Positions 49,015 through 62,194 are shown, counted from the stretch's first letter. The stretch is 64,000 bases of DNA from Eutreptiella sp. 'Long Island Sound 2002' (GCA_964036045.1 OZ038378.1:158038001-158102000); one strand, 5' to 3'. Notes: a model not told the origin generated them from the sequence alone. A program made the numbers and translations.

Positions 49015-51271
49015 GACTGTACTGGGGTGGGCGGGCTTTCAACTGGGGGTCCGATGTCCGCGGTGGCTGCAGCCTCCAGTCTACTGGGGACGCCCCCCCC
49101 CCCCCACGGGTATGAAACCATGGCTTCATGCCACCCCCCCCCCCCCCTCCGGGTACCGCCTGCCTATCAACGTCACCCGAGTCCCCGATGCCACGACCCC
49201 CTCCCCCGCTCACCCTCTCCACGCCACCGCCTCCGGAAGAAGTCTTTGCCCAAGGGCAGGGGGTGCAACTGGCTTTTCTCCGTCGCACTTGTGTACCCCC
49301 CAAAGGCCCAGCACCGAAGGGGCATTCAAATATGAGTGAAGCAGCGACCACAACATCGACCCTGACCGCCACCACCGGCGCCTAGCGGCTCCCCCCTCCT
49401 GCCTGAACAAGGTGCCGAGGGTGTCTTTCTGAATCAGAGGCGGGGCAGGGGAGGGGGTGGGGGGAGGCCGCGGGGGGAGGCAGAGGGTCTCTGGCGGTGG
49501 GAGTGGGACACGGGTCTCCTCTGCGCACTCCCACTCATTCCACATGCCAACGGGCATCGCTCTGTCCTGCGGACAATCGTGCCTTCGTGACCTGCCCATG
49601 TCCCATCGGATGGCTGCTGCTCCAGCACCGCCCCGAGGCCACATGGCGGGGCATGCTCGAGGGGATTTCAGGCGCAAACTCAGGGCGTTGGGGGGGGGGG
49701 AGGATCGGACATGAGGAAACAGGTCCAAACAGGGACACCGGGCCCCGACCCAACCCTCAACATCACTCAGTTGCACAGCGCTGCCACCACCTATTGAAAC
49801 AAACCAGACGGGTCCGATTCCGAACGCTGGTCACGAGGTGCGACACATAAAGGGGGCCCAGAAGGCGGCACCGTTGCGTTTGCCGCCGCAAGAGTCGGAG
49901 CCCCGCGTGTTTTGAACGCCCTCGTTCGCCATCAGCAAACGCCGTCCACTGACGCTGCGATGGCTCTTTGTGCGGTGCGCGTCGCATACGTCTGCGTACC
50001 AGTGCCGCCCTGCCCCTCTCCGATCCTCCTCACTCCCCACAACCTCCATTCGCTGCGGCGGTATATCTGACCCGCTTGGCGCCAGCTCCCGCCGCGGATG
50101 CCCTCACAGAAGTGTTGACGCTGCCCAACAGTTCACATACATCCGATTCCATTGCCGAGACCCCCGTCGCCCTCTGCCGGCACCGTCCGCCCCCGGTGGT
50201 CCCCTCATTCGGTCGGGGGGTGCAATGCCGTGGGGGCGGCGGTTGGCGGTTCACCTCCGGCCCCCAGGCCCGTCGTCGAGGACCGTCCAACCGCCGCCCC
50301 CACGGCACCACATCCGGGGCCTTCGGGACAGCGCGGGACGGGGCCGTGCCCCGTGTGCGCGGCGGTGCGACGGCCGCACAGGGACCGGGGCACGGGCGAG
50401 GGCTCAGCGAGGGGGCAGTGCATCAGGGGGCTGATCAGCAGAAGGGCCCTCGGCACACCCCAACGCCCTCTTTTGCACTCTGCCTACGGAACTGTGCAAT
50501 TCACAGCCAAGATCACTGGCCCAGGGGCGGGGCACCCGAACCGGACGTAGGCAGGTCGTCCCTCGTACCGCTGGGGCGGTTGAACTTGCGCTGAAGAGGG
50601 GACGGCAATGTTTGGGTTTCCAGCACCGCGCCGCAGGTCCCTCAGAGAAGAAGTCTCCAATGCCGCCATCATTGGGACCACAAGGCACAGAAGCCCCCCC
50701 CCCCCCCACATTGCACAAATCCACTCCACAATGATGAGCATCACACTGATCATTCTGAGGCATGTCTCTGCTGCGGTCCATAGACGCCCCCCTCCTGGGC
50801 TGCACCCCAGCCCCCCTCTAACGCCCCCTCCCCGCGTTCTACGAGGGGGTGTACTCGGGGTCGTACAAGGGTTGTACTGTGTCGTCCTCAGACTTGTCGC
50901 CAGAACAAATGGTTTTTGCTCTGACCCCCCCCTACCCACGCGTCACTGCATGGTCTAGGAAGAAGCTCCAGCGTCGATGTTGTGTGACTCACTGTCATGG
51001 TCAGCCCGGTGGCGTTGGTGCATTTGGGAACCGCAAGAGTCCCGCTCAGGCTTACATCAGAACGGCCGACAATCGTAGGAGGAGAATGGTGTGTTGTCCT
51101 CGACAGCTCTCGAGACTAGCCTCACGTTGTGTCTGTCCCATGGGTTCAGAAATCACTGCGGCTCTCTCCAACAGCTGGCTCACCAACAACCCATTGTTGT
51201 TTTGAGCTTGCGGTTGCCGTTTCCGTGCTGATTCCATTAACCCTTTCTATTCTTTCTATTCATTCTGTTCA

Positions 51272-53698
51272 TCATCTTATGGTACCATGTGTCGTTGACA
51301 ACTCACATAATGACTGTATCGTGTTGCTCGAAGGATGGATGATGCACTGTGGCGTGTTTCTATGAACACAATTGTTCTGGTATGTGGTCTCGTTTTGTGG
51401 ATCAGGCTTGTACCAAATTCTGGGTGGTCGGCACCTATCACGAAGAAGTTGGTTCTTGCTTGCAATAAAAGCATGCAATAATCCATTTTGGTGGGCAATG
51501 GCCATCATGCTGTTCAATAATATATCGCCACTGCGATCGACGTGCTCTACCCGCCACCATTCTGTTGCCTGGTGGTCATCCAGTACGCTTGTGCAGAGAA
51601 GGACAGCCTCTGGTCGCCAGCCACCAAAACTGTTCCTCTGTGCCATAACAGGGGGGGGGGGGGCATTGAGGTCCGCAATTTTTCGCAATTTTCCGCAATT
51701 TCGCAATTTTTCGCAATTTTCCGCAATTTTTCGCAAATTTCCGCAATTTTCCGCAATTTTTCCGCAATTTTTCACACTTCCCGATTTTCTGACTGCCTCC
51801 CCACGCTGGTGCAGAACAATGAGAATTTTTTTTTTTACTATTCCATACACTCTCAAATGTTGCACAGTCACCAGAACCTGGCACAGCTCAGTTGGTAGTA
51901 GCGCTGCACTGTAATTCCAGGGTCCTGGGTTCAGACCCAGGTGGGGGCATTGTAGTTACCTTCGCTTTTTTGGTCTTTTTACCTTCGCTTTTTTGGTCTT
52001 TTTACCTTCGCTTTTTTGGTCTTTTTCATGCCTGCATGTTTGCATGTTTGCATGTGCATGCCGCCCGCAGGACAGTTTGCTACGGGTCCCCCCATCAGGG
52101 GGGACCCTTTCAGTCAGTCACAGGCACATGTACCCCTTAAACCCCTCCCCCCTGCTCTCGACCGCTTCCCCGAAGCAACCAGCCTTGTGTTTCCTCTCAG
52201 ATCATTGTGCTATTTTGCAAAGCGCACTGAATCTTGCACAAGACTATGGCACAGCATGCTTTTTGTATGATAAGTTAATGCTGCTTAAGGATGAGTGGAG
52301 CACCACCACTGAGAGCGAAACATGTTCACCCAGAATTGAGGACCTTTTGAACAAGTTGAGTGGTGGTGGTTCCCTGCGAAGTCTACTTCTGCAATTGTTG
52401 AAAAAAATGTTGGTGGCGTATAAGGACAGGTTGAAAAAGGAGTCCAGGCAGATTGAGTTTTACAGGCAGTTGCGCATTTTGAACCCACGAAATCTGTCTG
52501 ATATGCCACGCGCTATGGACCAGTACCCCCTGTTGGGCCTGCCCGATGTGCCAGAGATTGCAGAGCAATGGAGCCTATACATCCGTTGCAATGTTGTTGA
52601 TATAAATGGGCCAACTGCTTTGCAGGAATGGTGGCAATCTCGTGCCCCTTCACCGTTCCAAGAGAGGGTGCTGTTCTTGATTACGCAGCCCACTTCTGGT
52701 GGTGATGTGGAACGCTTTTTCTCACAGTGTGGGACAGTTTCAAAGCGGCAGCACAAATTGGATGACAACATCCGCCGCCTTCGGTTCATGCTGCAATTCC
52801 ACGGTGATATTGAGGGGCAACTCCTGTAATTGTAATGCCCATAGACTATTTGTTTCTGTGAAATTCGGAGAATTCTGAGCCACCTGTCCAGAGTTGTTGC
52901 ACCTTGAGGGTTCAGGAGGGCCGCTTACGACATCGCAATTTTTCCGCAATTTTCCCGCAATTTTCCGCAATTTTTCGCAATTTTTCCGCAATTTTTCCGC
53001 AATTTTTCGCAATTGGTTTCGACCCCCCCAGACCGCAATTTCCCCCCCCCCCTGGCCATAACTTCCAGTTCACGTGCAGTGCCCCAGTCTTGAGGCAGAC
53101 GACCAATTAGTTTGGTGCATACTGTCCGCTTGTGATACTTTCTATCCGATCGCGCACATGTCTGTGAACAATAGTAACACCATTTACATGCGCTGCAACG
53201 TCGGAGATTTGTCCGCCACTTGCACGCCTGACAGTAGTGTCCCTCGGAAATGTCCACATGCTCAGCCAATAGGGACAATAGGTGGTTCAACGGGGTTGCT
53301 GTGGCGTGTGCGACACCGTAAAACTCCAGAAGTAGCTGAATGTGCAGAAGTGCCATGTAATGGTAACCCATTGTACAATGCATCCGCAGTAAATCTATGC
53401 TTACCTGTTGGGTTGTACCTTGCTGCCGGAAGAGATGTGCATTGGCTCTCAGGAAATGGGGAAATGCATTCGTCGGGGTGACTTTGAGGAACTCGGATTT
53501 GATATCTGTTATCAGCATATTTTGTTCATCCGCCAGCATGTGTGCTCTGAGAGTTGCGTCCTCATTAACATTCTCAGTTGTCACAACAATCGGTAGCTTG
53601 TCAAAGATCATTAAAAGAGTCAGATGGTAATCACCCAATGCAGGAAAATTCAGGGCAACACAGCCCGAGGTATCATGGGTACGATTAAAATGGGTCAT
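51272..53698 (-). CDS. MYND zinc-finger protein of about 337 aa, interrupted by a hAT element (segments 53698-53055 and 51641-51272)
   Basis: CQAC..LRRCSACKWCYYCSQTCARSDRKYHKRTVC at about 53235-53120. Removing the element plus one TSD joins ELEVMA to QRNSFGG in frame, with no stop until 51272. Confidence 0.75.
51877..51949 (+). pseudogene. tRNA-Tyr(GTA)-like sequence (pseudo-tRNA or SINE head) inside the hAT element
   Basis: A-box-like CAGCTCAGTTGGTAG, anticodon arm CTGCA-CTGTAAT-TCCAG and T-arm CCTGGG-TTCAGA-CCCAGG. The acceptor stem is mispaired. Confidence 0.7.
51958..52026 (+). repeat. Three copies of ACCTTCGCTTTTTTGGTCTTTTT (23 bp), with Pol III terminator-like T runs
   Basis: Read directly from the sequence, just 3' of the tRNA-like sequence. 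Confidence 0.8.
52180..52829 (+). pseudogene. hAT transposase C-terminal part including the dimerisation domain
   Basis: RILNPRNL, LQEWWQSR..P and QPTSGGDVERFFSQCG (SxxxERxFS motif). No N-terminal catalytic part is present. Confidence 0.85.
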
Positions 53699-56689
53699 CC
53701 ATGTGGGTCACACAGTGTGACACTCTGTTCCTGTCCACTGGCAAAGCTGTACATCGCCGCAATAGGGCACGCCAAGCAGCATCCTCATTGTTTTTGAACG
53801 GTAGATCAAGACTTGCAGCAATCTCGATGATTCTATCTACCGTGCTGTGCCATGGCTACACCGGACCACCAACATTAGCAACCTCGGGGTCTTCATAATT
53901 ACCATTTTTCCCAGCATTAGCCGTGCTCCTTCCCATATGCTTTGTGAAATGTATACTATTACCGCAAACTCTTCAGGGATTCTACGCATGTTCCAGTCCA
54001 AGCCCACCAAATAAAGTTTTATTTTATAGGACATTCCGCCATGACCAATTGCTGAGCTTTCTGTGGTTGGTGCAAACAGGCAATAACACACGGCTTGAGC
54101 GCGACCCTCAGCTAGTGATTGATTGATTTTGCAACCCCTACCTATTTCCCATGTACATGAGCGCTTTGCTGCCAAGCACTCCCGTTTCTAGCGCCTGCTG
54201 CATTTTACTGCAGGCAAAGTATAGTGTAGTCAACCCACCCACCGCTGCAGTGGAATTTTTATGTTGCGCTTTGTGTGTTTTGGTTTTTGTATTTTGTAAG
54301 CGGTTGTGTTCCGCGCACACACAGTGACTGAGAGGAAAAAAATATTTTACCGTTCATTAAAGGCGCATCTGCTGTGTAAAACAAAGGCCGGTATATGTCA
54401 GACCAATGGGATATACTCATCACCCTGTTCCACTGCATACCCCAAGACTACGATTTCCACTATACTGTCCGCAATGTATACGAAAACTGGCATTGCAAAC
54501 ATCAACGAAGTGTATTACGGGAAATTCTCCGGTCTGCGCGTTTCATCACAGAGAACAATCTACGTTTCATCACAGAGAACATTCTACGATCCCATATTGA
54601 GGCCCGGACCGGGCACTCTTTCCCAAAAGTATGTCCAGTCTGGCTGCGCAATCTCTTCGCCCGTCACAGCTTGGAGTTGGATATGAGTTTTTCCCATTTA
54701 AGGCTTGGTACACGAATTCCCTGTGAGCGGCAATCTGGGAGCAAATTGTCGAGCTAAATATTGAGTTTAAGATTTCAACCTAGAATAGTTTTAAACTTCA
54801 AGATTTCACCTAAAACATTACCAATTTACAATCTCTAGTATCAATTGCAGCTACATCTGCGAAATGCTAACTGTGGGGACATCAACTGCCTTCCTTACCT
54901 TAACTGCGTATTGACATTCTGGAACTAATCACTGTGACGAATCTAAGATAACTGCAACAGGACTAAAGATCTAAAACTAAGGAAACAACATGAAAATCAT
55001 CAGAACACGTAACCTCAAATCTCAAATTACATATATCACCCAAGAGTGTGCGATCAGATCGTAATCTCCAGCGACGATTCAAAACACGACCACTCAGCGA
55101 CAAACAAGTATACTACATCACTCCGGGTGTCCCACAAAGAAGAGTCGATTTTTCTCACTACAACTAGACTCACACCGCAACACATTACCACTGTCATAGA
55201 AAAGCATGAGTTTGATGGTGACCATCAACGTTGATGGTCACCGTAGCATTCCGCATGTATTGGCTCACTTTAGTGTAGGATATTTCGTTTTCTTTTGGCT
55301 TTTTGCCACATTGATGCAAAAAATTTGGATCTCTCCCCATGTATTCACATTATTTGAGAACAATGCATTACTTTCACTACAGTTTCTCGCCCAATTAGCT
55401 AGCAAAATGAGTTTTGTGTTGCAAACCAACCTTGGAAAGAACTAGTTTGGGTCCCCCTAGCACCTCCGTGGCCCAACCGCCCAGAGGGAATCGACAGCAT
55501 GGCTTTTTTTTCGTGAAAAAAAGCAGCACATATTGTGATTATGTTTCTTTGGCTTCAGGTGAACCCACAAGTATACACCCTAGGTGATTGTTCGGCCACA
55601 ACAGAGCTACAGTGACCCACACGGAAACATACGGAGCCATAGATAGCCACAAACACCGGCTGTACATAATGTTGTGTGCATGATTGAACCAAATCGGACC
55701 CGAAGAGATGTGTAAATAGTTTACAAGACCGATAAAAATGCAGCCGCCCTGAGCTAGCCAAAACATCTGAAAAAAATTGGCATTGAGTGCATAAAAAATG
55801 GCCCCAACAGGCGGAAAAAATAAAAAAAATGCAACACGCATAAATGAGTGAGCATCTAGTAACACCATTGGAGCTGGGATGATGTCTGACACCATCTCAA
55901 ATTGTGAAAATTGCAGTGCAGCACATGGAAGGTCATATGTAGGTTACCTAGGGGTCCATCCCGTGGGTCCCACTAGACCTAATTATGATAATTAGAATTA
56001 TTATGGTAGAGGATGGTAGCAGCAAAGGGACAATTGACAATACCGGCGAAGCTGCACCAGACATAATGTCTATAACTCCGGTAGGTATTGTAGAGTGTGG
56101 TGAAAATAAAGTGTTATTGTGGATATAAAGCCACCACCAAAAGAGGCTTGCAACCACCGCCTAGCCCTTTTCTGGCCATTTTTACCTACTAAGAGTCTTT
56201 TTATGCCCCTTTCGGCGCGGGGTTTAATCACGTTGTAGTGGGCTGTTTTATCCCTCTTGTTGGGGCGGGGGCTGGTTTTATCCACTGGTTGGGGTGGAGA
56301 GTTGTCACCTTTGCAAATGGGCAGAATGTGTTTGTGCACCAACAGACACAGTACATGAAAGCAGGCAACCTGTGTTATATGTAGAACAGCTTTGTTAAAA
56401 GGGATTTTGCTGGCGGGAGGGGCTTTGTCCCATTTCTATTTTAAGCATGCGAGTAGGAGAGATGATAGAAGTTCATAGGACAACATGTCATTGCTCACCC
56501 ACTGTTGTGTGTCACATTGCTCTTCGCGGGGTAACGTGGGTGACAGGCAGTTGGAGCAAGCGATGAATTGCTGTTTGGTTTTCGGATGCGGTTGGGCTGG
56601 GTACAAGTCCAGAGTTGTGATTGAGACATAGGGTCTGGAATCGGGTTTGAGGTGTGGCTTGAGGTCAATGTATAGCAGATCTGCATCGT

Positions 56690-58140
56690 TTCATCACCCT
56701 CACCACTTCTCTCCACTACCTCAGCAAGAAGCCATTGGTCTGTTCCATGTAAGTGTCCGCAGAAGCTCTACCGAGCCTCAGGACACACTGTCCGGGCGTT
56801 CTTCACCAGATCAACAGCCCATCGGTGTGCGCGGCGTTCTCCTTCGTCTGTGCGCGGCGCCTCAGCCCATCGCACATCCCCATGGATTCATCACTCTCAC
56901 CACTCCTCTCCATTGCGTGAGCTACAACCTCTTGGTGGGCAAGTCCCCGCAGATGCTATGCCAAGTCGGAGCTCGCGTTGTCAGGGCGTTCCTCATCTGT
57001 TCACAGCAGCTCTCCTTAGTATGTGTGTAGTGCCTCAGCCCATCGCACATCCGGATCAATTCATCACTCTCACAACTCCTCTCCATTGCCTCAGCCACAA
57101 CCTATTGGTGGGTTCAATGCAAGTGTCCGCAGAAGCTCCGCCCAATCTTAGGCGGGCGAAACAGTTCTTAGGCGGCTCAAGTTGCATGGTATAAAACGAG
57201 AGAAAGTGCCCAAAATACACGGCCTCAAAAAACAACAAAAGAACCATTCTTTGGCTTGCAAAAAATCAAGCCGTTTTTCAAACACCAAAAGAACTCTTAT
57301 GTAAGGAATTTTGGCCTTTTCTTGGTCCTGATGGGTCCAAAAAATGCATTTTTTGGGGCAATGGACTGTTCCTTGCGCGAGGCCTCGCGCAAGGAGGAGT
57401 CCATTGCCCCTCCAAAGTCAGGTAATGATGGTAGAATTGAGGAATCAAGCAGGCGCCTACACTGGAGTGACATTACAGGCACCCTTGAGTTGATCACATT
57501 GTACAATATGTTTACGCGCGCGGACATTCAGCTTCCTAAACAAGCCTTGCAAAACTAATTGATGACTCAAGAAATCATTTCTAATGTTGTTGCATTCCTA
57601 ACAAAAGGAGTACATACGTTGGAGGTGTTGCACAGGGTGCATCCTTCAGCATTGCTCATGATGCACACCTGCCACAAGTTATGGGGAGTGTCAAGCAAAA
57701 AAAAGAGTATCACTGGTAACACATGAAGCATGTCCACTCAACAGATGAGGCTGAGCTGGACAGGGACCCCCCTTGTAGCTTTGGCTGAAGAAAAATTGAT
57801 CCTTCCGTTGTTGACTATAGACCAAAGTAAAATGTGCAAGGAAAAAATGAATTTGCCATGCGTGGCACTTTTTTGAGTGTTGGGCTTAGGTACTGCGCAC
57901 AGACGAAAGAGTGCTGCCCAGCACACCGGTTGGTTGTCAAACTGCTGGTGAACGCCATGACAAACAGTGATGAGACTGGTCAGAGTTGCCGTGGAGAGTG
58001 GCATGGAACCCACCATTGGATTGTCGCTGGGGCAATGGAGAGGAGTACCGAGGGTGATGAATCGATGGGGATTTGCTGCGCACAGGCGAAGGAGAGCTGC
58101 CGCGCACACTGGTTGGCTGAGGAGCTGCATGGAGCTGGTA
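56690..58140. repeat. Degenerate repeat family of about 170 bp: three direct copies (56690-57135) and inverted copies (about 57850-58140)
   Basis: Shared CCCATCGCACATCC..TTCATCACTCTCACCACTCCTCTCCATTGC core. The reverse-complement version lies near 58030-58075. Confidence 0.65.
57355..57410. repeat. 56-bp loopless near-perfect palindrome
   Basis: GGGGCAATGGACT-GT-TCCTTGCGCGAGG|CCTCGCGCAAGGA-GG-AGTCCATTGCCCC. Confidence 0.9.
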
Positions 58141-61100
58141 CGTTTTCTGCTTGGCAGGCTGGTCCTCACTCCCCGCTGTAGGAGCTGGTCGCCTGCCACT
58201 TTGACCCTTGGCAGCCTTGGCCTTCTTTTTTGGTAGTTGTGACGCATCTGCACCAAATGGTGTAGGCCTTTTGCGCATTTGGGTGCTGTGCCGCAACCGT
58301 GTGTCCGTATCATTGTCACTCGTTGTGGTGGGGACAGACTGACGACAGGCTCCCTTGGGGCTTCGCTTGGCAGGTGGCTTTGGGCGTTGACGCGGACGTG
58401 CGGGCGTCGCCAAAACCAACTTCCGGCTGGCTGAATGGTTTGCTGGGTTGTTCGTGAAGCTACACAGCAGCAGCACAATGCCGGTGTAGGGGGCAGGATC
58501 AACGGTGAAGCTATCATGATAGGGAGCAATCAAAATGTTGCTGACCTACAAGCGGTCTGCTTGTGTTGGAAAGTGGCCTTCACCAAGTTGGCTGCGAGAA
58601 CGGGCTGGAAGACTGTGCACGGCGACTTTCGTGAGCGGCAAAAAGGCTAGGACATCGGCATTTGCATCCGTGAATCGTGTTCTGCCACCGCACTTGGTGA
58701 CGGCCACCTTGGCACATGGAGGAGCTGTAGCTCCTCATGTGGAAGAAGGGCAATTGGGGCACGGGCTTGGTCAACAACCTAGGCGGCCGTACTGTACATC
58801 TTTTCGAAAAGTTCTTTGGCCACATGGGCCACAATTCGCCGACCAGGAATGGTGTCAACAACTCTCCAGTGCAATGTAGTCATTTTGGTTTGCAATTGCC
58901 GACACTAGGTAATTTCTTTACTTAGACAGCTGTTATGAAGCTCTTGTGCTACAAGAAAGGGAGGGCATATACCAAAGTTGGGACGGCCGGTACCCGCGCC
59001 ACGAGAGGACGCTTCATCTACTCTGGTGGTCACAAGACTAGCAGTGTCAACAACCATGACTCCTTCTCTCACCCGAGGTGCATCTGCTGCTGGTGAGATC
59101 ATGAGACCAGCACGGTTGTATGGCACAATACGTGGTCAACCTCCTATGTGGCAGCGGTCTTTGGTTCTTCCTTCAAACCCTGCTGCAAACCATCATCAAC
59201 ACTGGTTGCTTTGGTAGTCCACCAAGTAATAGGCTTGCCCTTTGGTACACAAATGGGCATGTCTTCATTACCACCATCCGCAACCACTTGAAATTGACAC
59301 AATGGAGACAAAAGGGCAAAGCAGGACAATGACAAGAGATCAAGAGCGAGGAAGACGGGGGAAGGGGACTGGTGGGAGTCCGCCTAAGAAGGACAGCCCC
59401 CAACGTACAAACCCCCCCCCCTCTAGGCTAATGAGGGAGAAGAGGCACTGTTAACCACCTTTTCCATCGGTGCCTCTGGAGAGCACAATAATGGAAGACA
59501 ACTTAGGAAATCCAACAGTCTGACCTTCAACACACACTTGCACAACACTAGCCGAAGGGGGGGTATAGGGGTTTGGTGGGTTGAGTTGAGTTCCAGCCAC
59601 AAACAACTTTTTTCATCACCAATCACTGATCATGCACCCTTGCTGCCCAAGGTGATGCTACCAACCTTGCCAAAGCTGGTCCTTCCTTTTTTTGGGCAGT
59701 TTTGGATTTTTTATTTTTTCTTCTTTTTGTGCGTTTTCCGATTTTTTTTCTTTTTATGATTCCCTTCTGCTAATGTCGACGAGGGACTGTTGGTGCTACT
59801 GCCCCTGTCGTTGTCGCTGCTACTGCTACCGCTGGTGCCATAAGAAAAGGTGCTAAAACCAGGAAAATAAGGTGAAACAGCTTTTGTTTCATCAACATCA
59901 TGACCCCGGGCCCCCAAACACACTGTCCCTTTGGTTGTTGTGCTGTCAGAGTTGTGTTGAATGTGATTTTACACTTTCCTTCCATCTATGGCTGAGCCTC
60001 AGCAAAACACTTTCATTATTTGGTCCCGGTCCAGTGGTAAAACACTAGATTCCTACCGATTGAACCCAGGTTCCTTTCCCATTGGCCCAATATTTTTTAC
60101 CACTCGGTCAATCTTTGCAAATGATTGGCGAGCGATCCGTCTACTTGGCGAGCGATATTATTATTTGCAGCAAGACTTTACACACGATGACAGTTGTCAG
60201 TCTACTTGGGTTGCTTTGCTTGTAACCCTTCTCCCCCCACTTGAACAAGAAGTGCCCTTGTCCGCGGTATGGTACAGGACCATGCTAATTTAGGGCACAA
60301 ACTGCTCGTCATACAGCCCCAAAGAGATTGAGGAGTATGACTTATTTGCTATCATCTGCTTTTGGTGTGTTGTTGCTGCGTGATGGCCGTAATTCGCCGC
60401 AAGCAGCAAATTGACTCCTTGGTGTTGAGGTTCACCCCACCTGCACCAAGCATCAACACAGTCGTGCTAACTTATATGCAGCCTGCACAGCTTTCCCATA
60501 TGTTCCCCTGCCGCCCCATCCCTCAGGTGTCTTCCCTGTGTCTTGTGTCTGGAAGTGAACTACTTGCCTTTCCACCACTCCAGCCTCCGAAAAAGATGTC
60601 TGCCTTTCCCGTACTCATTTTGATTTCAAATCTTGTATTGAAGGTCTGGAGATGCACTTTGATGTTTGTCCCTGATTTCCAAATCAATTTTGCTTTAGAG
60701 GTTAACAGGTGCAACCATGCCATCATTGTCTAAGAGGCCATGTTTTCTCAAAAACGTGAATGTCTATGGTATTCAGAGGTGTCAGTGTGCTGCCAGCTTT
60801 GGAAAATGTTTCAAAGGCGGCTTGCAAAAATGCGGGTCAGCTGTAGCACCGAGCTGCTTTGATTCTTGATGCCCCAAAATAACCTGCTGATTCTCTCGGC
60901 GTTCAGTCTTCTATGTGCCTCAATAGCACCTTGGGATGCCTACACGGGCGTGGCAGTTCCAACTGCATTTCATGGTTTCCGATTTAGCATACCCTAACTA
61001 CGTGTAATGTTTGCTGCCACACTGAGCTGTGGGACAATGGTAGCATTGGACTGCTCTGATTCTTGATCCCGAGAGCTCTCTCCAGTACCATCTGGTAAGA

Positions 61101-62194
61101 GCGCTTTGCCAACTTACCCAGGTCTGGAGAAAAAAATCAGATTCAGTTCACCCTACCTACATGTCATGGGGGTGCTCTTTCCAAAGTGCGTCTGTGGTGC
61201 CTACTTTGGGTATATTTGGGGACCACCAGGGACCTATAGAGCCCGCTGCGGAGGAGTTAACCGCACGTTGCTGTGCCTATGTGCTGCAGATATGCTATGT
61301 AAACAGGAGGCGGTATGGGCACTGAATTCCTCTTGTATCACAGCTCTGAGATGACATGTCTTTGGCTCGGGTTGTCCCTTGCACCAATGTCATCTACAAT
61401 CGTTCAATAAGTACATTGGAGAGGGTGGTTGCAGTAGTTCTCGGCCCCTCCAAGGAGTGTTTGGGTGGGTACATGTTCAGATGGTTCAACAGTGTTTTCA
61501 CCACCAATAGTTGCCACGGTGCATGCGCGGTGCGCACGCGGTGCAACTACTCCCACATGTCCGCTACCACATTTAGCTGTGGGGCAAATATAGCACTGGA
61601 CTTCTGCTGAACCCTGGTTCGGAGAGCTCTTGTGAGTACCATCTGTTAAAAGGCTGTGCCGGCTGACGGAACGGGCCAAGGCTCCTTGCTGCTCTGCCAG
61701 CTTACCCAGGTTTGAAGTAAAAGAAAATCAATTAGAGGTCTGGAGATGCGCACTGCGGTCCCATTGAGGCATTCATGCCCATTCCATGCACATGCCACTG
61801 GTAGACGTGATGGACCTATTTGCTTTTCCTGACTGATTTTGACTTTAATGTTGCTTTAGCAGTTTGCAGATGTGCCTTGCATGCCCTTTAACCATTCAAA
61901 GGTACTGTATTGCCTGAAGAGTGTTTGCAGGAACAGCACCTGACTGCAGATGACAGAACCTGACCTGCCTACGGCTAGAATCTTGCACTGACACCATCAG
62001 CTTTGGGTGGAAGGGTAAAAGGGTGGGATGGGGTTTGGCGATGTCGGTCAAAGAGGCCATTACCTTATTTGCTATCAAAGCCCAATATATTTCAAATCTT
62101 CAAAAGTCCCTTCATAAAAACAGGTGATCCTAGTGGAATGATATTTTGTATATAGGAGGCTATTATTATAAACAAAATTAGGATATTTTATTAG

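Larger units (their letters stand above)
51649..53054 (+). mobile_element. Non-autonomous, internally deleted hAT transposon, 1406 bp
   Basis: TIRs CAG(G)n(C/A)ATTG(A/C)GGTC. TSD GCCATAA at 51642-51648 and 53055-53061 (GCCATAAC if the first C is shared). Subterminal (CGCAATTTT)n arrays at about 51671-51775 and 52933-53012. Transposase C-terminus retained. Confidence 0.9.

Noticed and set aside
51877-51949. Functional tRNA-Tyr
   Set aside because: The acceptor stem has G-G mismatches, the anticodon stem has a C-C mismatch and the T-loop is one base short.
55539-55895. Hydrophobic 118-aa ORF as a membrane protein
   Set aside because: There is no recognisable motif, and hydrophobicity is expected from the A-rich opposite strand.
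59988-60293. 101-aa ORF as a small gene
   Set aside because: It is plausible, but there is no motif or splice support to call it.
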